NCBI RefSeq assembly: GCF_042685645.1
Contig: NZ_JBHUNX010000001.1
Location: 4,511,319-4,575,318, forward strand
Length of the DNA stretch: 64,000 nt
Source of the DNA: Salininema proteolyticum
GTDB lineage: Bacteria > Actinomycetota > Actinomycetes > Mycobacteriales > Micromonosporaceae
Direction: 5' to 3'
The notes beneath the pieces were generated by a model. It was not told the origin of the DNA, did no database searches, and saw only the letters and a program-made list of their open reading frames with translations. Shown here piece after piece: positions 9,669-18,424 of this stretch (position 1 is its first letter; the number at the start of each line of letters is the position of its first letter). The translations under genes were made by a program, and so were the position numbers.

Positions 9669-10231
9669 ACCGCGACCTCGACCCCGGATTCCAGGACGGT
9701 GCCGTGCACCGGCTTGAACATGCCGAACTGGAAGTCGCCGTTGAACATGGAGATGCCGTCGCCGATGATGGACGGGGTGCGCTTCATGATGATGCGGTCG
9801 ATCTCGGGGAACAGCGTGTGGGCGATGTTGCCGCCGCCGACCAGCCAGAGGTCGCGGCCCTGTTCCTGCTTGAGTTCCCGGACGACCTCGATCGGGTCTT
9901 CGCCGCGGATCTCCACGCTGTCGTCGACGCTCTCTTGGCTCTTGGAGAAGACGATGTGGCGCAGGTGCTCGTAGGCGTTGGTGACGCCCTGGGCGAGCCC
10001 GATCTCGTAGGAGGCGCGGCCTTCGAGGACGGTGTCGAAGGTCTTGCCCGGGTCCTCGACGCCGAGCGCCTTCCGGGTCGGGGTGGGAAGGGTCTCGGGG
10101 TAGTTCTCCTTGATGTGTTCGACCAGGTCGGGGTAGAGGGGGAAGAACTCGGATCCGCTGGGGTCCCCGCGCTCCATGCTGGCCACGTATCCGTCGAGGG
10201 TCACGGCCGCGTAGTAAATGAGTTTTCGCAT
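9653..10231 (-). CDS. dihydrofolate reductase-family protein (RibD C-terminal domain / YwjB-like)
   Basis: MRKLIYYAAVTLDGYVA...LWLVGGGNIAHTLFPEIDRIIM is the typical DHFR-like (RibD_C) fold signature. Confidence 0.8.
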   Translation of the reverse strand: MRKLIYYAAVTLDGYVASMERGDPSGSEFFPLYPDLVEHIKENYPETLPTPTRKALGVEDPGKTFDTVLEGRASYEIGLAQGVTNAYEHLRHIVFSKSQESVDDSVEIRGEDPIEVVRELKQEQGRDLWLVGGGNIAHTLFPEIDRIIMKRTPSIIGDGISMFNGDFQFGMFKPVHGTVLESGVEVAVYDRA

Positions 10232-10348
10232 GGAACCACTATAGGACGCGATGTCCGTTCACATGTCCGCCGGACGCTTCGTCCCCGACCGGGCGGTTTC
10301 CCCACCCGCGACGCTCTCTCACCTTGTGATACGGGTACCGTTGAGGCG

Positions 10349-10984
10349 ATGGAGACAGAGCTCAGCGGACGCCGCAACGGATCGCGCCGCAAACGCGAGA
10401 TCCTCGACGTCGCGGTCAAGCTGTTCGCGCGGCGGGGGTACCACGGCGTGTCGATGGACGACATCGGCGCGGCCGCGAACATCACCGGTCCGGCTCTCTA
10501 CCACCACTTCAAGGGCGGCAAGGAGGAGATGCTGGGCGAGGCGCTCGTGCCCGTCTCCGAGAGGATGCTCGCCGGCGGCCGCCGCTGCGTCTCCCTGCAC
10601 CGGGCCGATCCGCACACCGCGCTGGAGGCGCTCGTCGACTTCCACGTGGCCTTCGCGGTCGAGTCGCCCGAGATCATCATCGTCCACCTCCAGGAGCTGG
10701 ACCGCCTGCCGGACTCCGCGCGCCGCGAGGTGCGCAAGCTCCAGCGCGAGTACGTCGAGCAGTGGGTCGGCGTGCTGGTGGAGGTGCACCCGGGGATGAA
10801 GCCCGAAGAGGCCCGCGTCCTGGCGCACGGGGCTTTCGGCCTCATGAACTCCACGCCGTACCAGTCGGTCGGGGACGAGGTGTCTCCCGATCACGTTGTG
10901 GCCCTGTTGAAGTCGGCCACCCTGCAGGCCCTGACGGCGGAGCCGGCCCGTTCTGAGCCGGCCGGCCCGGTGAACGCCGCCTGA
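10349..10984 (+). CDS. TetR/AcrR-family transcriptional regulator
   Basis: Start at METELSG. N-terminal helix-turn-helix REILDVAVKLFARRGYHGVSMDDIGAAANITGPALYHHF. Confidence 0.8.
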   Translation: METELSGRRNGSRRKREILDVAVKLFARRGYHGVSMDDIGAAANITGPALYHHFKGGKEEMLGEALVPVSERMLAGGRRCVSLHRADPHTALEALVDFHVAFAVESPEIIIVHLQELDRLPDSARREVRKLQREYVEQWVGVLVEVHPGMKPEEARVLAHGAFGLMNSTPYQSVGDEVSPDHVVALLKSATLQALTAEPARSEPAGPVNAA

Positions 10985-11021
10985 GCGGTCGGCCTCTCGC
11001 GTCCCAGGGGACAATGGGGCC

Positions 11022-11957
11022 ATGAGGACGCTCTACGTCTCCGATCTCGATGGGACGCTTCTGAACCGCGACGCCGCCCTGTCCGCCCGAACACGGAGGG
11101 CGCTCGGCGCGATCGCCGCCGACGGCGGGCTCTTCACCTTCGCCACCGCTCGCTCGCGTGAGAGCGCGACCAGGGTCATGGCGGGGACGCCTCTCGCGCT
11201 TCCGGCGGCCTTCATGAACGGTGCGCTGCTCGCCGTACCGGGCGACGGCGGCCTGCTCCGGGCGAACACCCTGCCTGAGGACCTGGCCCGGCTCCTCGTC
11301 GCGACGGTCCTGGAGGCCGGGCACCGCCCGGTGGTCTTCTCCGTGGACAAAGGAGGTGCGGAGCACGTGAGCTACACGCGGGTGTCCACTCCGCTGGAGA
11401 GGTTCTACTTCGGCGAGCGGAGGGCGGACGAGGACGGCCGGTTCCGCTTCGCCGACGGGTACGGAGAGGCGTTGGCGGAGGCGGTGACCGCGGTGAACGT
11501 CCTCGACTCGGAGGAGAACCTGAAGCCGCTCTATGAGAAGGCGGTCGCCGTCGACGGCGTCCGAGCGGCCCTGGCCCCGGAGGCGGCCCTGCCGGGCGGA
11601 TTCTGGCTGGAGCTGAACCACCCCCTGTCCTCCAAGAGGAACGCCGTGCGGCTGTTGCGGGAGCACGTCGGCGCCGACCGCGTGGTCTGCTTCGGGGACA
11701 ACCTCAACGACCTGCCCATGTTCGAGGCCGCGGACGAGGCCTACGCCGTGGCCAACGCGCATCCGGACGTGCGGGCCGCCGCCGACGGCGTGATCGGCGC
11801 GAACACAGACGACGGCGTCGCCGCGTTCCTCGCCGACAGGTTGGGGCTGGCCTTCTTAGGGCGGGCGTCGCACCGGTGCCCGCGTCCGGCCCGGCCCATC
11901 CCACTGGCCTGTGACGATAGACGTGTTCAGTCCTCGGAGCCGAGGCCCGCCTCGTAG
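11022..11957 (+). CDS. HAD-family hydrolase (Cof-like, HAD-IIB)
   Basis: Motif I DLDGTLL at the N-terminus and motif IV FGDNLNDLPMF near the C-terminus. 3' end overlaps the convergent response regulator by about 30 bp. Confidence 0.75.
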   Translation: MRTLYVSDLDGTLLNRDAALSARTRRALGAIAADGGLFTFATARSRESATRVMAGTPLALPAAFMNGALLAVPGDGGLLRANTLPEDLARLLVATVLEAGHRPVVFSVDKGGAEHVSYTRVSTPLERFYFGERRADEDGRFRFADGYGEALAEAVTAVNVLDSEENLKPLYEKAVAVDGVRAALAPEAALPGGFWLELNHPLSSKRNAVRLLREHVGADRVVCFGDNLNDLPMFEAADEAYAVANAHPDVRAAADGVIGANTDDGVAAFLADRLGLAFLGRASHRCPRPARPIPLACDDRRVQSSEPRPAS

Positions 11958-12622
11958 GCGATGATCGCGGCCCGCACGCGGTTCTCGACGCCGAGAGCGG
12001 CGAAGAGCGTCCTGAGGTACTGCTTCACAGTTCCCTCGGACAGGTGCAGGTCCGCGGCGATGCGGGCGTTCGAGTGCCCCCGTCCGACACCCGCGAGGAG
12101 GTCGCGCTGCCGGGGCGTGAGAGCCCCCACCGCGGTTCGCGACGCGGCGGCCCGGCTCGGCCTCTCCCCGGTCTGGCGGCGCACCAGCCACCGGGCCACC
12201 CTCGGCGAGAACGCGGCGCCGCCGCTCGCCAGAGCGCGGACTCCCGCCACTAGGTGGTGCGGGTCGTCCGATTTCAGGAAGAAGCCCAGCGCCCCCAAGC
12301 GGATCGCGTCGGCGATATAGGACTCGTCGGAGAAGGTCGTCAGCATGGCGGCGGGAAGCGACGGCTTCTCCCGGGCGATCCGCTCGAGGACGCCGATGCC
12401 GTCCAAGCGGGGCATCTGGACGTCCAGGAGGACCACGTCCAGCAGCCGGCTCCGCGCCAAGTCGAGGGCCTCGACTCCGTCGGAGGCCTCGGCGACGACC
12501 TCGATCCCGGCGGAGGTCTCGAGGATCCCGGCGATTCCCTCGCGCACGAGCCGGTCGTCGTCGGCCAGGAGCACTCGCGTCGGGCGGTCGGAGCCGCCGT
12601 CGCGCTGTTCGGAGTTCGCCAT
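11927..12622 (-). CDS. LuxR/NarL-family response regulator
   Basis: REC domain (VLLADDDRLVREGI...DVVLLDVQMPRLDG) plus LuxR helix-turn-helix (LTPRQRDLLAGVGRGHSNARIAADLHLSEGTVKQYLRTLFAALG). Confidence 0.85.
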   Translation of the reverse strand: MANSEQRDGGSDRPTRVLLADDDRLVREGIAGILETSAGIEVVAEASDGVEALDLARSRLLDVVLLDVQMPRLDGIGVLERIAREKPSLPAAMLTTFSDESYIADAIRLGALGFFLKSDDPHHLVAGVRALASGGAAFSPRVARWLVRRQTGERPSRAAASRTAVGALTPRQRDLLAGVGRGHSNARIAADLHLSEGTVKQYLRTLFAALGVENRVRAAIIAYEAGLGSED

Positions 12623-14052
12623 CAGGAGAAGACCCTATCAGTCGCGACGACCGCGCCGTCCGCGAAGCAGACCCGGTAGACGTCCACGCGTTTGAAGAAG
12701 CTCAGTTCGTCCTCGTAGTACTTGCACTCGGCCCCTTCGGGTTCGGGCACCAGCGACCGCGGCGCGTCCAGCATCTCCGACGGCGGCAGCTTCCGCACGG
12801 TCTCCCCTTCGCCGTCGCCGACGCTTATGGACTCGAACTCCTCCGGCGGCAGGACGGAGGTGAGGTTGGCGTAGACGAAGTACCCGCCCGTGACGAACAC
12901 CAGTATCGCGACCATGGCCAGGGGCACCAGCCACGCCTGGCGGGTCTCCTTGCGGCGGCCGTGCTCGGCCTCGGTCGCCTCGGCGGCCAGCCGGTCGACG
13001 CGCGACGACTCGCGGTCGGCGGCATCGTCCGTGGGCACCGCCTCGCGCGGCAACTCCACCGTGAGGGCGAAGACCTCGCCCCGGTCCACTTCCAGGGTGC
13101 CGCCGAGCAGGGTCGTCCGGTGCCGGAGCGCGACCAGGCCGTGGCCGGTCGGATCGGAGGACGCCCCTCGCGGGGAGACCGCGTTGGACACCGTGAGCCG
13201 CACCCTTTCCCCCGCCCGTTTCGCCTCGACGCGGACTTCTGCCCCCGGCGCGTGCTTCGCGGCGTTGGTCAGGGCCTCTTGCAGCGTCCGCAACAGGGCC
13301 GCGTGCGTGTAGTCGTTGACGGAGTCCTCGAGGCCGGGTTCGACCGCGCTTCGCACGGCGACGCCGGAGGCGAGCGCCCTCTCGACCACGTCGTCGATCC
13401 GCAGGCCGCTGAGCGACGCGGTGACGCTGGAGTCCCTCTGGCCCAGGAGGCGGACCGTCTCGCCGAGCTCCTCGGCCGCGGAGGCGGCGTTCTCGCGGAT
13501 CCGCTGCAGCTCGGCCCGGGCCTGGGGCGGCAGGTCCTCGTCGAGGGAGAGCCGCGCGGCCTGCACGGCTATCAGGGTCAGGCGGTGCCCCATGCCGTCG
13601 TGGATCTCGCCGGCCATCGCCTCGCGTTCCCGGGCCACGGCCCGCTCGACCTGGGAGTCATGGTCGCGCGCCTCGGCGAAGGCCAGGTCCCAGGCTCGTC
13701 GGACATAGCTCTTCCGGGCGCGGACCAGCGCCGCCACGAGGGAGGCGGCCAGGAAACAGAAGCCGTAGAAGGTTCCCGTCATGAGGCCGACGATCGAGTC
13801 CGACCACGCGAACTGGCCGACGAAGGTCGACGTGATGAGCATCGAGGCCACGCCGACGGTGACCGTGGGCAGGGACAGCCGGGACAGGACGGCGCCCACG
13901 CCGCCGAGCGTCGCGAGGACGGCCATGACCACCGGTGACTGGTCGCCGGTCCACAGCACGACGCAGCCGACGAGGATTCCCGCCAGCGCGGCCGCCAGGG
14001 CCCGCCGCCAGGTCGGCGGCCCGTGTCTCGGAGTGGGATGGGTGTCGGGCAT
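12622..14052 (-). CDS. sensor histidine kinase (HisKA_3) with an unusual fused C-terminal TM helix and about 80-aa extracytoplasmic tail
   Basis: N-terminal TM block. H-box EREAMAGEIHDGMGHRLT. HATPase_c (NAAKHAPG...GHGL). After residue about 336 there are a further about 140 aa with one TM helix (WLVPLAMVAILVFVTGGYFVYANL) and a Cys-containing tail. The stop overlaps the response-regulator start. Confidence 0.8.
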   Translation of the reverse strand: MPDTHPTPRHGPPTWRRALAAALAGILVGCVVLWTGDQSPVVMAVLATLGGVGAVLSRLSLPTVTVGVASMLITSTFVGQFAWSDSIVGLMTGTFYGFCFLAASLVAALVRARKSYVRRAWDLAFAEARDHDSQVERAVAREREAMAGEIHDGMGHRLTLIAVQAARLSLDEDLPPQARAELQRIRENAASAAEELGETVRLLGQRDSSVTASLSGLRIDDVVERALASGVAVRSAVEPGLEDSVNDYTHAALLRTLQEALTNAAKHAPGAEVRVEAKRAGERVRLTVSNAVSPRGASSDPTGHGLVALRHRTTLLGGTLEVDRGEVFALTVELPREAVPTDDAADRESSRVDRLAAEATEAEHGRRKETRQAWLVPLAMVAILVFVTGGYFVYANLTSVLPPEEFESISVGDGEGETVRKLPPSEMLDAPRSLVPEPEGAECKYYEDELSFFKRVDVYRVCFADGAVVATDRVFS

Positions 14053-14160
14053 CGTTCCATCCTAAGGAGCCGTGTTCGGGGCCGGGTACTAACGAAAGCG
14101 AACACCGCGCCTCGCTTTCGGTACTGCCGGGGCCTCCGCGATCGGCATAGCGTGGGCCCC

Positions 14161-14766
14161 ATGCTCGACCACATCGCTGAACTGCTCGACGCCGCAGGGG
14201 ATTACGGCCCGATCGTACTGGGCGTCGTCTTCGTGCTCGCCGTCCTCGAAGCCGTGTTCGGCCTCGGCGCCATCGTTCCGGCCGAGACCGCAATCGTGCT
14301 CGCGGCGATGGCCCTGGCCGGATCGCCCATGCTGCTGGCCGCCGTTCCGATCGCCGCCGCCGGGGCGTTCCTCGGCGACCAGATCGGCTACGCGGTCGGG
14401 CGGCGGTTCGGGCCGAGACTGTCCGGGTCGCGGGCGGTGCGGAAGGTCGGGGCGCACCGGTGGGACGAGGCGACCCGATTCGTCAGGCGGCGCGGAATCC
14501 CCGTCATCGTCGTCGCGCGCCTCCTGCCTGGAGTCCGGACCCTGGTCTCGGCCGCTGCGGGGGCCTTGCGGCTCGACTACCGGCGGTTCGCGGCGGCGAC
14601 GGTCCTCGCGTCGCTGGCCTGGTCCGCGCTCTGGGTGCTCGGCGGTGCCCGGATCGGGTCGACGCTTCTGGACCTGTCCGACGGCGTTCTGGCGGTCGTT
14701 ATGGCCGCGGCGGGGGCGGCCATCGTCGGAAGCGTCGTGTTCCGCCGGGTCAGGGGGCGGTCGTGA
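14161..14766 (+). CDS. DedA-family (VTT/SNARE-associated domain) membrane protein
   Basis: Start at MLDHIAELL. DedA motif region FVLAVLEAVFGLGAIVPAETAIVLAA...G..F..R. Confidence 0.8.
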   Translation: MLDHIAELLDAAGDYGPIVLGVVFVLAVLEAVFGLGAIVPAETAIVLAAMALAGSPMLLAAVPIAAAGAFLGDQIGYAVGRRFGPRLSGSRAVRKVGAHRWDEATRFVRRRGIPVIVVARLLPGVRTLVSAAAGALRLDYRRFAAATVLASLAWSALWVLGGARIGSTLLDLSDGVLAVVMAAAGAAIVGSVVFRRVRGRS

Positions 14767-15392
14767 GCCGGGCGTCTGACCCGACTGCGGAGAGGTCGTC
14801 GTGGCGGACCGTGCCCAATCTCGTGACGCTGCTCCGTTTCGCGCTGGTATTGCCGATCACGGCACTGATCCTCTCGGGCGGGCATGCGGTGGAGACCGCC
14901 CTGTTGACGGCGGTCTTCGGTGCCACCGACTGGGTGGACGGGTGGCTCGCCCGGCGCCTCGGCCAGGTCAGCCGGGTCGGGGAGGCGCTGGACCCGATCG
15001 CGGACCGGGTGGGGATCGTCTGCATCGCTGTCGCGTTGGCGGCCGCCGGCACCGTGCCGTGGTGGTCGATCGCCGTCTTCCCCGCCGTGGACCTCGTCGT
15101 CGCCGGGGTCTTCGCGTTCCGGCGGCGGGAACACGAGCTAGATGTCAGCCGCATCGGCAAGCTGCGCACCGGGATCGCCATGGTCGGCATCGTGGTCGCG
15201 ATCCTCGGCGAAGCGCCCGGAATGGAGTCGGCCCTGACGGTCGGGCAGGTCGCGATCGCGGCGGCGGCCCTTTTGCACATAGTCGCGGGGGCTGGGTATC
15301 TGCGGCATCTCCTGCGGCCGAAGGATGGGGACCACGGCCGTCATGCCGACCGGAGCGACCTTGCCGGAGTCAGCGTCGACGGTGGCTTGTAG
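14763..15392 (+). CDS. CDP-alcohol phosphatidyltransferase (PgsA-like)
   Basis: GTG start overlapping the DedA stop (GTGA). Signature D-G-x2-A-R-x8-G-x3-D-x3-D present as ATDWVDGWLARRLGQVSRVGEALDPIADR. Confidence 0.75.
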   Translation: MSRASDPTAERSSWRTVPNLVTLLRFALVLPITALILSGGHAVETALLTAVFGATDWVDGWLARRLGQVSRVGEALDPIADRVGIVCIAVALAAAGTVPWWSIAVFPAVDLVVAGVFAFRRREHELDVSRIGKLRTGIAMVGIVVAILGEAPGMESALTVGQVAIAAAALLHIVAGAGYLRHLLRPKDGDHGRHADRSDLAGVSVDGGL

Positions 15393-15423
15393 CCCTTCTA
15401 TCGCAGGGCCGCAGCCCGGTTCG

Positions 15424-15762
15424 TCATCCGAGGGAGCCTCTTCCGCCATGATCGTCGAAGTCCGTGCCGTCCGTGCCGTCCGTGCCGTCCGTGCCGTCCG
15501 TGCCGTCCGTCGGGCCCGTCGCATTCGTACTCTCCTCGGTTATGGCTTCGGCCTCTCGAAGCCAACCGCGTACCGCCCCGCCCATGACGACCAGGACGAG
15601 GAAGACTGCGGCCATGCCGGCGTATCCGGTGAAACGGGCAGTCCATGTCGGATGGGTTCCCAGCGAGAAGGCGATCGTGATCGCAGGGCCGAGCACTACC
15701 ATCGGCCAGTATTCCCTAAGAGAGGCCTTGGCACTGGCCAAGGCGGCCTTCGCCTCCCTCAT
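15424..15762 (-). CDS. small membrane protein with a C-terminal (TDG)n repeat
   Basis: 112 aa from MREAKAAL. Two TM helices, then GPTDGTDGTDGTDGTDGTDFDDHGG. The start overlaps the stop of the upstream bPH-like gene (TGATG), suggesting translational coupling. Confidence 0.5.
   Translation of the reverse strand: MREAKAALASAKASLREYWPMVVLGPAITIAFSLGTHPTWTARFTGYAGMAAVFLVLVVMGGAVRGWLREAEAITEESTNATGPTDGTDGTDGTDGTDGTDFDDHGGRGSLG
15461..15510. repeat. perfect 9-bp tandem repeat (TCCGTGCCG) x 5.5 that encodes (TDG)n in-frame on the minus strand
   Basis: Read directly: tccgtgccg repeated five times plus the partial unit tccgt. Confidence 0.9.
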
Positions 15763-16190
15763 CAGGACCTGCCCGATGCGGGAGCGGGCGCGGCACCCCT
15801 CATCCGATCCGGATGGGCGGCGGCCAGCCCCTCCCAGTCCTCCCGTCGGCAACTGCGCTTGGAGACGTGGGTCTTCGTGCAGGTTCCGTCGGCGTGGACG
15901 ATGTACAGGCGATCGCGGTGCACAGAGAACCGCTCTCGCTTTCTCAACGTGCGATCGCGGCGGCGGGCGCCCCGGGCGGTGTGGAAGATGCCCTTCCGTG
16001 TCACTTCGGCCCACGGTTTCCGCATGATCGCGAAGTGAAAGGCGATGCCGCCGCCGATGAAACCGGCGATCAGGACGCCGTATCCGCCATAGGCGCTGAA
16101 GAGTCGGCCGTCCCGGGCGAGGAGTGCGGCCAGCAGGCCACAGAAGGCGACGAAGACGAGATAACCGGAACGGGAATGGTGGAGCTTCAC
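15762..16190 (-). CDS. bacterial PH-domain (bPH_2/YdbS-like) membrane protein
   Basis: GTG start with GAAGGA 10 nt upstream. Two N-terminal TM helices followed by a basic beta-rich domain (TRKGIFHTARGARRRDRTLRKRERFSVHRDRLYIVHADG), the usual bPH_2 architecture. Confidence 0.55.
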   Translation of the reverse strand: MKLHHSRSGYLVFVAFCGLLAALLARDGRLFSAYGGYGVLIAGFIGGGIAFHFAIMRKPWAEVTRKGIFHTARGARRRDRTLRKRERFSVHRDRLYIVHADGTCTKTHVSKRSCRREDWEGLAAAHPDRMRGAAPAPASGRS

Positions 16191-16419
16191 GGGAGGGGTC
16201 CTTCGAGGTCGGGTCGAGGGGTTCCCTCGATCGTATCGCCTTGCGAAATCGGCCCGACCGGTGGCGGAACGCGCCGCGCAGCCGGCGGAGGCCTTGCCGT
16301 CGGCCGCCGGTGACCGGCGCTGCCGTACGTGAAAAGTCCATGAAGAGCCGAGCAATGATGTCAGTGCCGCGAGGGCCGACCCTCCGGCGGCCCGGCAGAC
16401 CTGAGGGAGGAGAGAGCCT

Positions 16420-16740
16420 GTGGCTGAGGGTTACAGCATAGACACTGAGCAAGTGCGCACCGGCGCCGAACGATATCGGCAGATCAGCGAAGAGTTCGAC
16501 GGAGTGGCCGAGTACGTCGCCGACACCGACGGCGACTCGTCGTTCTTCGGCGTGATCGGTGAGCCCTTCATGGACAGATACTACGAAGGCGCCGAGAAGG
16601 TTCGGACCATGATCCAGGGTCTCGGGCCCGCGGGGGCCGGTCTGGGAAGGCTGATGGACACCGCCTGCGAGACCTATGAGACCGCCGACCGGTCGAACGA
16701 GGCCCGGTTGGAAGAGATCGTCGGGGAGATCGGCCGGTGA
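16420..16740 (+). CDS. small helical protein, EspC-like (ESX secretion-associated / WXG100-superfamily-like)
   Basis: 106 aa, acidic, predicted all-helical. Stop overlaps the downstream GTG start. Confidence 0.5.
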   Translation: MAEGYSIDTEQVRTGAERYRQISEEFDGVAEYVADTDGDSSFFGVIGEPFMDRYYEGAEKVRTMIQGLGPAGAGLGRLMDTACETYETADRSNEARLEEIVGEIGR

Positions 16741-17654
16741 GCGACTACGAACCGATCGTCGACCTGTCGGACGCGCCCGGCCAGAGGGCGGAATGGGGCG
16801 TCGGCGACGGCGAAGGCCTGTTCAACGGGAGCTTGGAAGAGAACGTCGTGGCGGCCGGCGGGTACGTTCCCGTGGCGGGTCCCGTCGTCAAGGCCGCGGT
16901 GGCCATCTCCAACACGACGGACTCCTGGTCGCGCCTGTTCGAAGGAGAGGCGTCGCGCCAGGACCTGTTCGCCGTCGCGACGAACATCCTGGACGTCGTC
17001 AACGAGGTGGCGGGCCTGGTGGGAGAGCTCAAGGGGCTGGCGAACCAGGACTACCTCGGGATGCTGGCGTCCTGGGTGGTCGGAACCCAGCTGGAGTTCC
17101 TCACCAAGAACTTCCAACCGGTGGAGGACGCGTACGGGTACGTCGTGGGAAATCCAGGTCGTCTCAAGACCGCCGGCGCGATGTGGAAGGAGGCGGCGAG
17201 CGCGTTGGACAGCCTGGCCGAGGGCTACCGCGAGGTCGCCGACGAGACCATACACCCGGCTTGGGAAGGCCATACCGGCGCCGGCGCCATCACGCGCAGC
17301 CAGGACTTCATCGACGCCATCAGCGTCACCGGCGGGGTCGCCACGCAGCTGGGCTCCCTCGTCGAGGTGTACGCCGACTTCTCCACGAGGTTGATCGACC
17401 TCTTCAACCAGATCATCACCAACCTCGTCGCGGCGATCTTCGACGCGCTCAAGGACGTCGCGACCAAGGGATGGGGAGCCGCCGTCACGGCCGCCATCGA
17501 CATTCAGATCTTGATCATCCAGGTCGTGGTTCAACTGACGGCGATCATTCTCCAGGCGATCCAGATATTCATGATGGGGAAGGACATCACCGAGAAGCTG
17601 GAAGAGGTCTTCGACGACATGATGGAGCTGATGGGGCTCCTGACCGATGCGTGA
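16737..17654 (+). CDS. alpha-helical protein with a central WxG motif and a hydrophobic C-terminal region (candidate type VII-type substrate or effector)
   Basis: 305 aa. HPAWEGHTGAG contains W-x-G in a helical context. C-terminal about 60 aa are strongly hydrophobic (IDIQILIIQVVVQLTAIILQAIQIFMM). Confidence 0.55.
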   Translation: MSDYEPIVDLSDAPGQRAEWGVGDGEGLFNGSLEENVVAAGGYVPVAGPVVKAAVAISNTTDSWSRLFEGEASRQDLFAVATNILDVVNEVAGLVGELKGLANQDYLGMLASWVVGTQLEFLTKNFQPVEDAYGYVVGNPGRLKTAGAMWKEAASALDSLAEGYREVADETIHPAWEGHTGAGAITRSQDFIDAISVTGGVATQLGSLVEVYADFSTRLIDLFNQIITNLVAAIFDALKDVATKGWGAAVTAAIDIQILIIQVVVQLTAIILQAIQIFMMGKDITEKLEEVFDDMMELMGLLTDA

Positions 17655-17688
17655 GCCATACGGCGGATGAGAGAAGGGAAGACATCAT

Positions 17689-17970
17689 ATGGGCCAGGGA
17701 CCCCTGTTCGATACCGCGGCGTTCCGACGGATCGCCGAGGGCATCGAGATCGAGGAGGCCGCTGAAGACCGTTCCGTTGCGGTGCGGATGGGCCCCAACC
17801 ACAGGGTCGACGAGATCTCACTGAGCTCCCGGGCGCTGCGCAAGGGCACGGACGAGCTGAGCGAGACGATCCTGCGGCTCATTCGAGAAGCGGGAACCGA
17901 AGCGGACGCGGAGAACCGGCGGGCGGTCTCGGAACTGTTCGACGATCGTGAAACGGAGTGGAGACGATGA
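17689..17970 (+). CDS. YbaB/EbfC-like small protein (EspL-family-like)
   Basis: 93 aa with the helical-then-beta pattern of YbaB_DNA_bd-type proteins. Overlaps the next paralogous gene by 13 nt. Confidence 0.55.
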   Translation: MGQGPLFDTAAFRRIAEGIEIEEAAEDRSVAVRMGPNHRVDEISLSSRALRKGTDELSETILRLIREAGTEADAENRRAVSELFDDRETEWRR

Positions 17971-18287
17971 CGGGCGGGAAGATCGGCGACGGCGGTTTCG
18001 AAGCGGCCATCCGGCACTTTCAGGAGCTGAACAAGTCGATGTCCGAACAGCTGGAGGTGCTCAAGGCGCTGCGTGACGACGTGGACTCCATGGAGACGAC
18101 GGTGACCGACGTGCAGGGCCACGTGTCGGTGACGGTGGTGCGCGACGGGGAGATCGGCGCGCTGGACATCGCGCCGGCGGCGCTCAAGCAGGGGGAGGCG
18201 CTGGGGCCGTTGATAACGGAGACCATTGGAAAGGCCCAGGCGGAGCACATCGAGCGCCGGGCGGACCGCCATCCCGACATGGCCTGA
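17958..18287 (+). CDS. YbaB/EbfC-family protein
   Basis: MTGGKIGDGGFEAAIRHFQELNKSMSEQLEVL...VSVTVVRDGEIGALDIAPAALKQGEALGPLITETIGKAQAE matches the YbaB/EbfC pattern. Confidence 0.6.
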   Translation: METMTGGKIGDGGFEAAIRHFQELNKSMSEQLEVLKALRDDVDSMETTVTDVQGHVSVTVVRDGEIGALDIAPAALKQGEALGPLITETIGKAQAEHIERRADRHPDMA

Positions 18288-18424
18288 GTCGGGGAGCGCC
18301 CGGACGCCGCCGGTCCTCGGGCCCGCTCCGGTGGTCGTCGGCGGACTTCCGAACCGCCGGGCGAAGACGCTCCGCAGGGGCGCAAGCGCCCCTGCGGAGA
18401 TCCGCTGGGACTCCGTCGGTGCTG

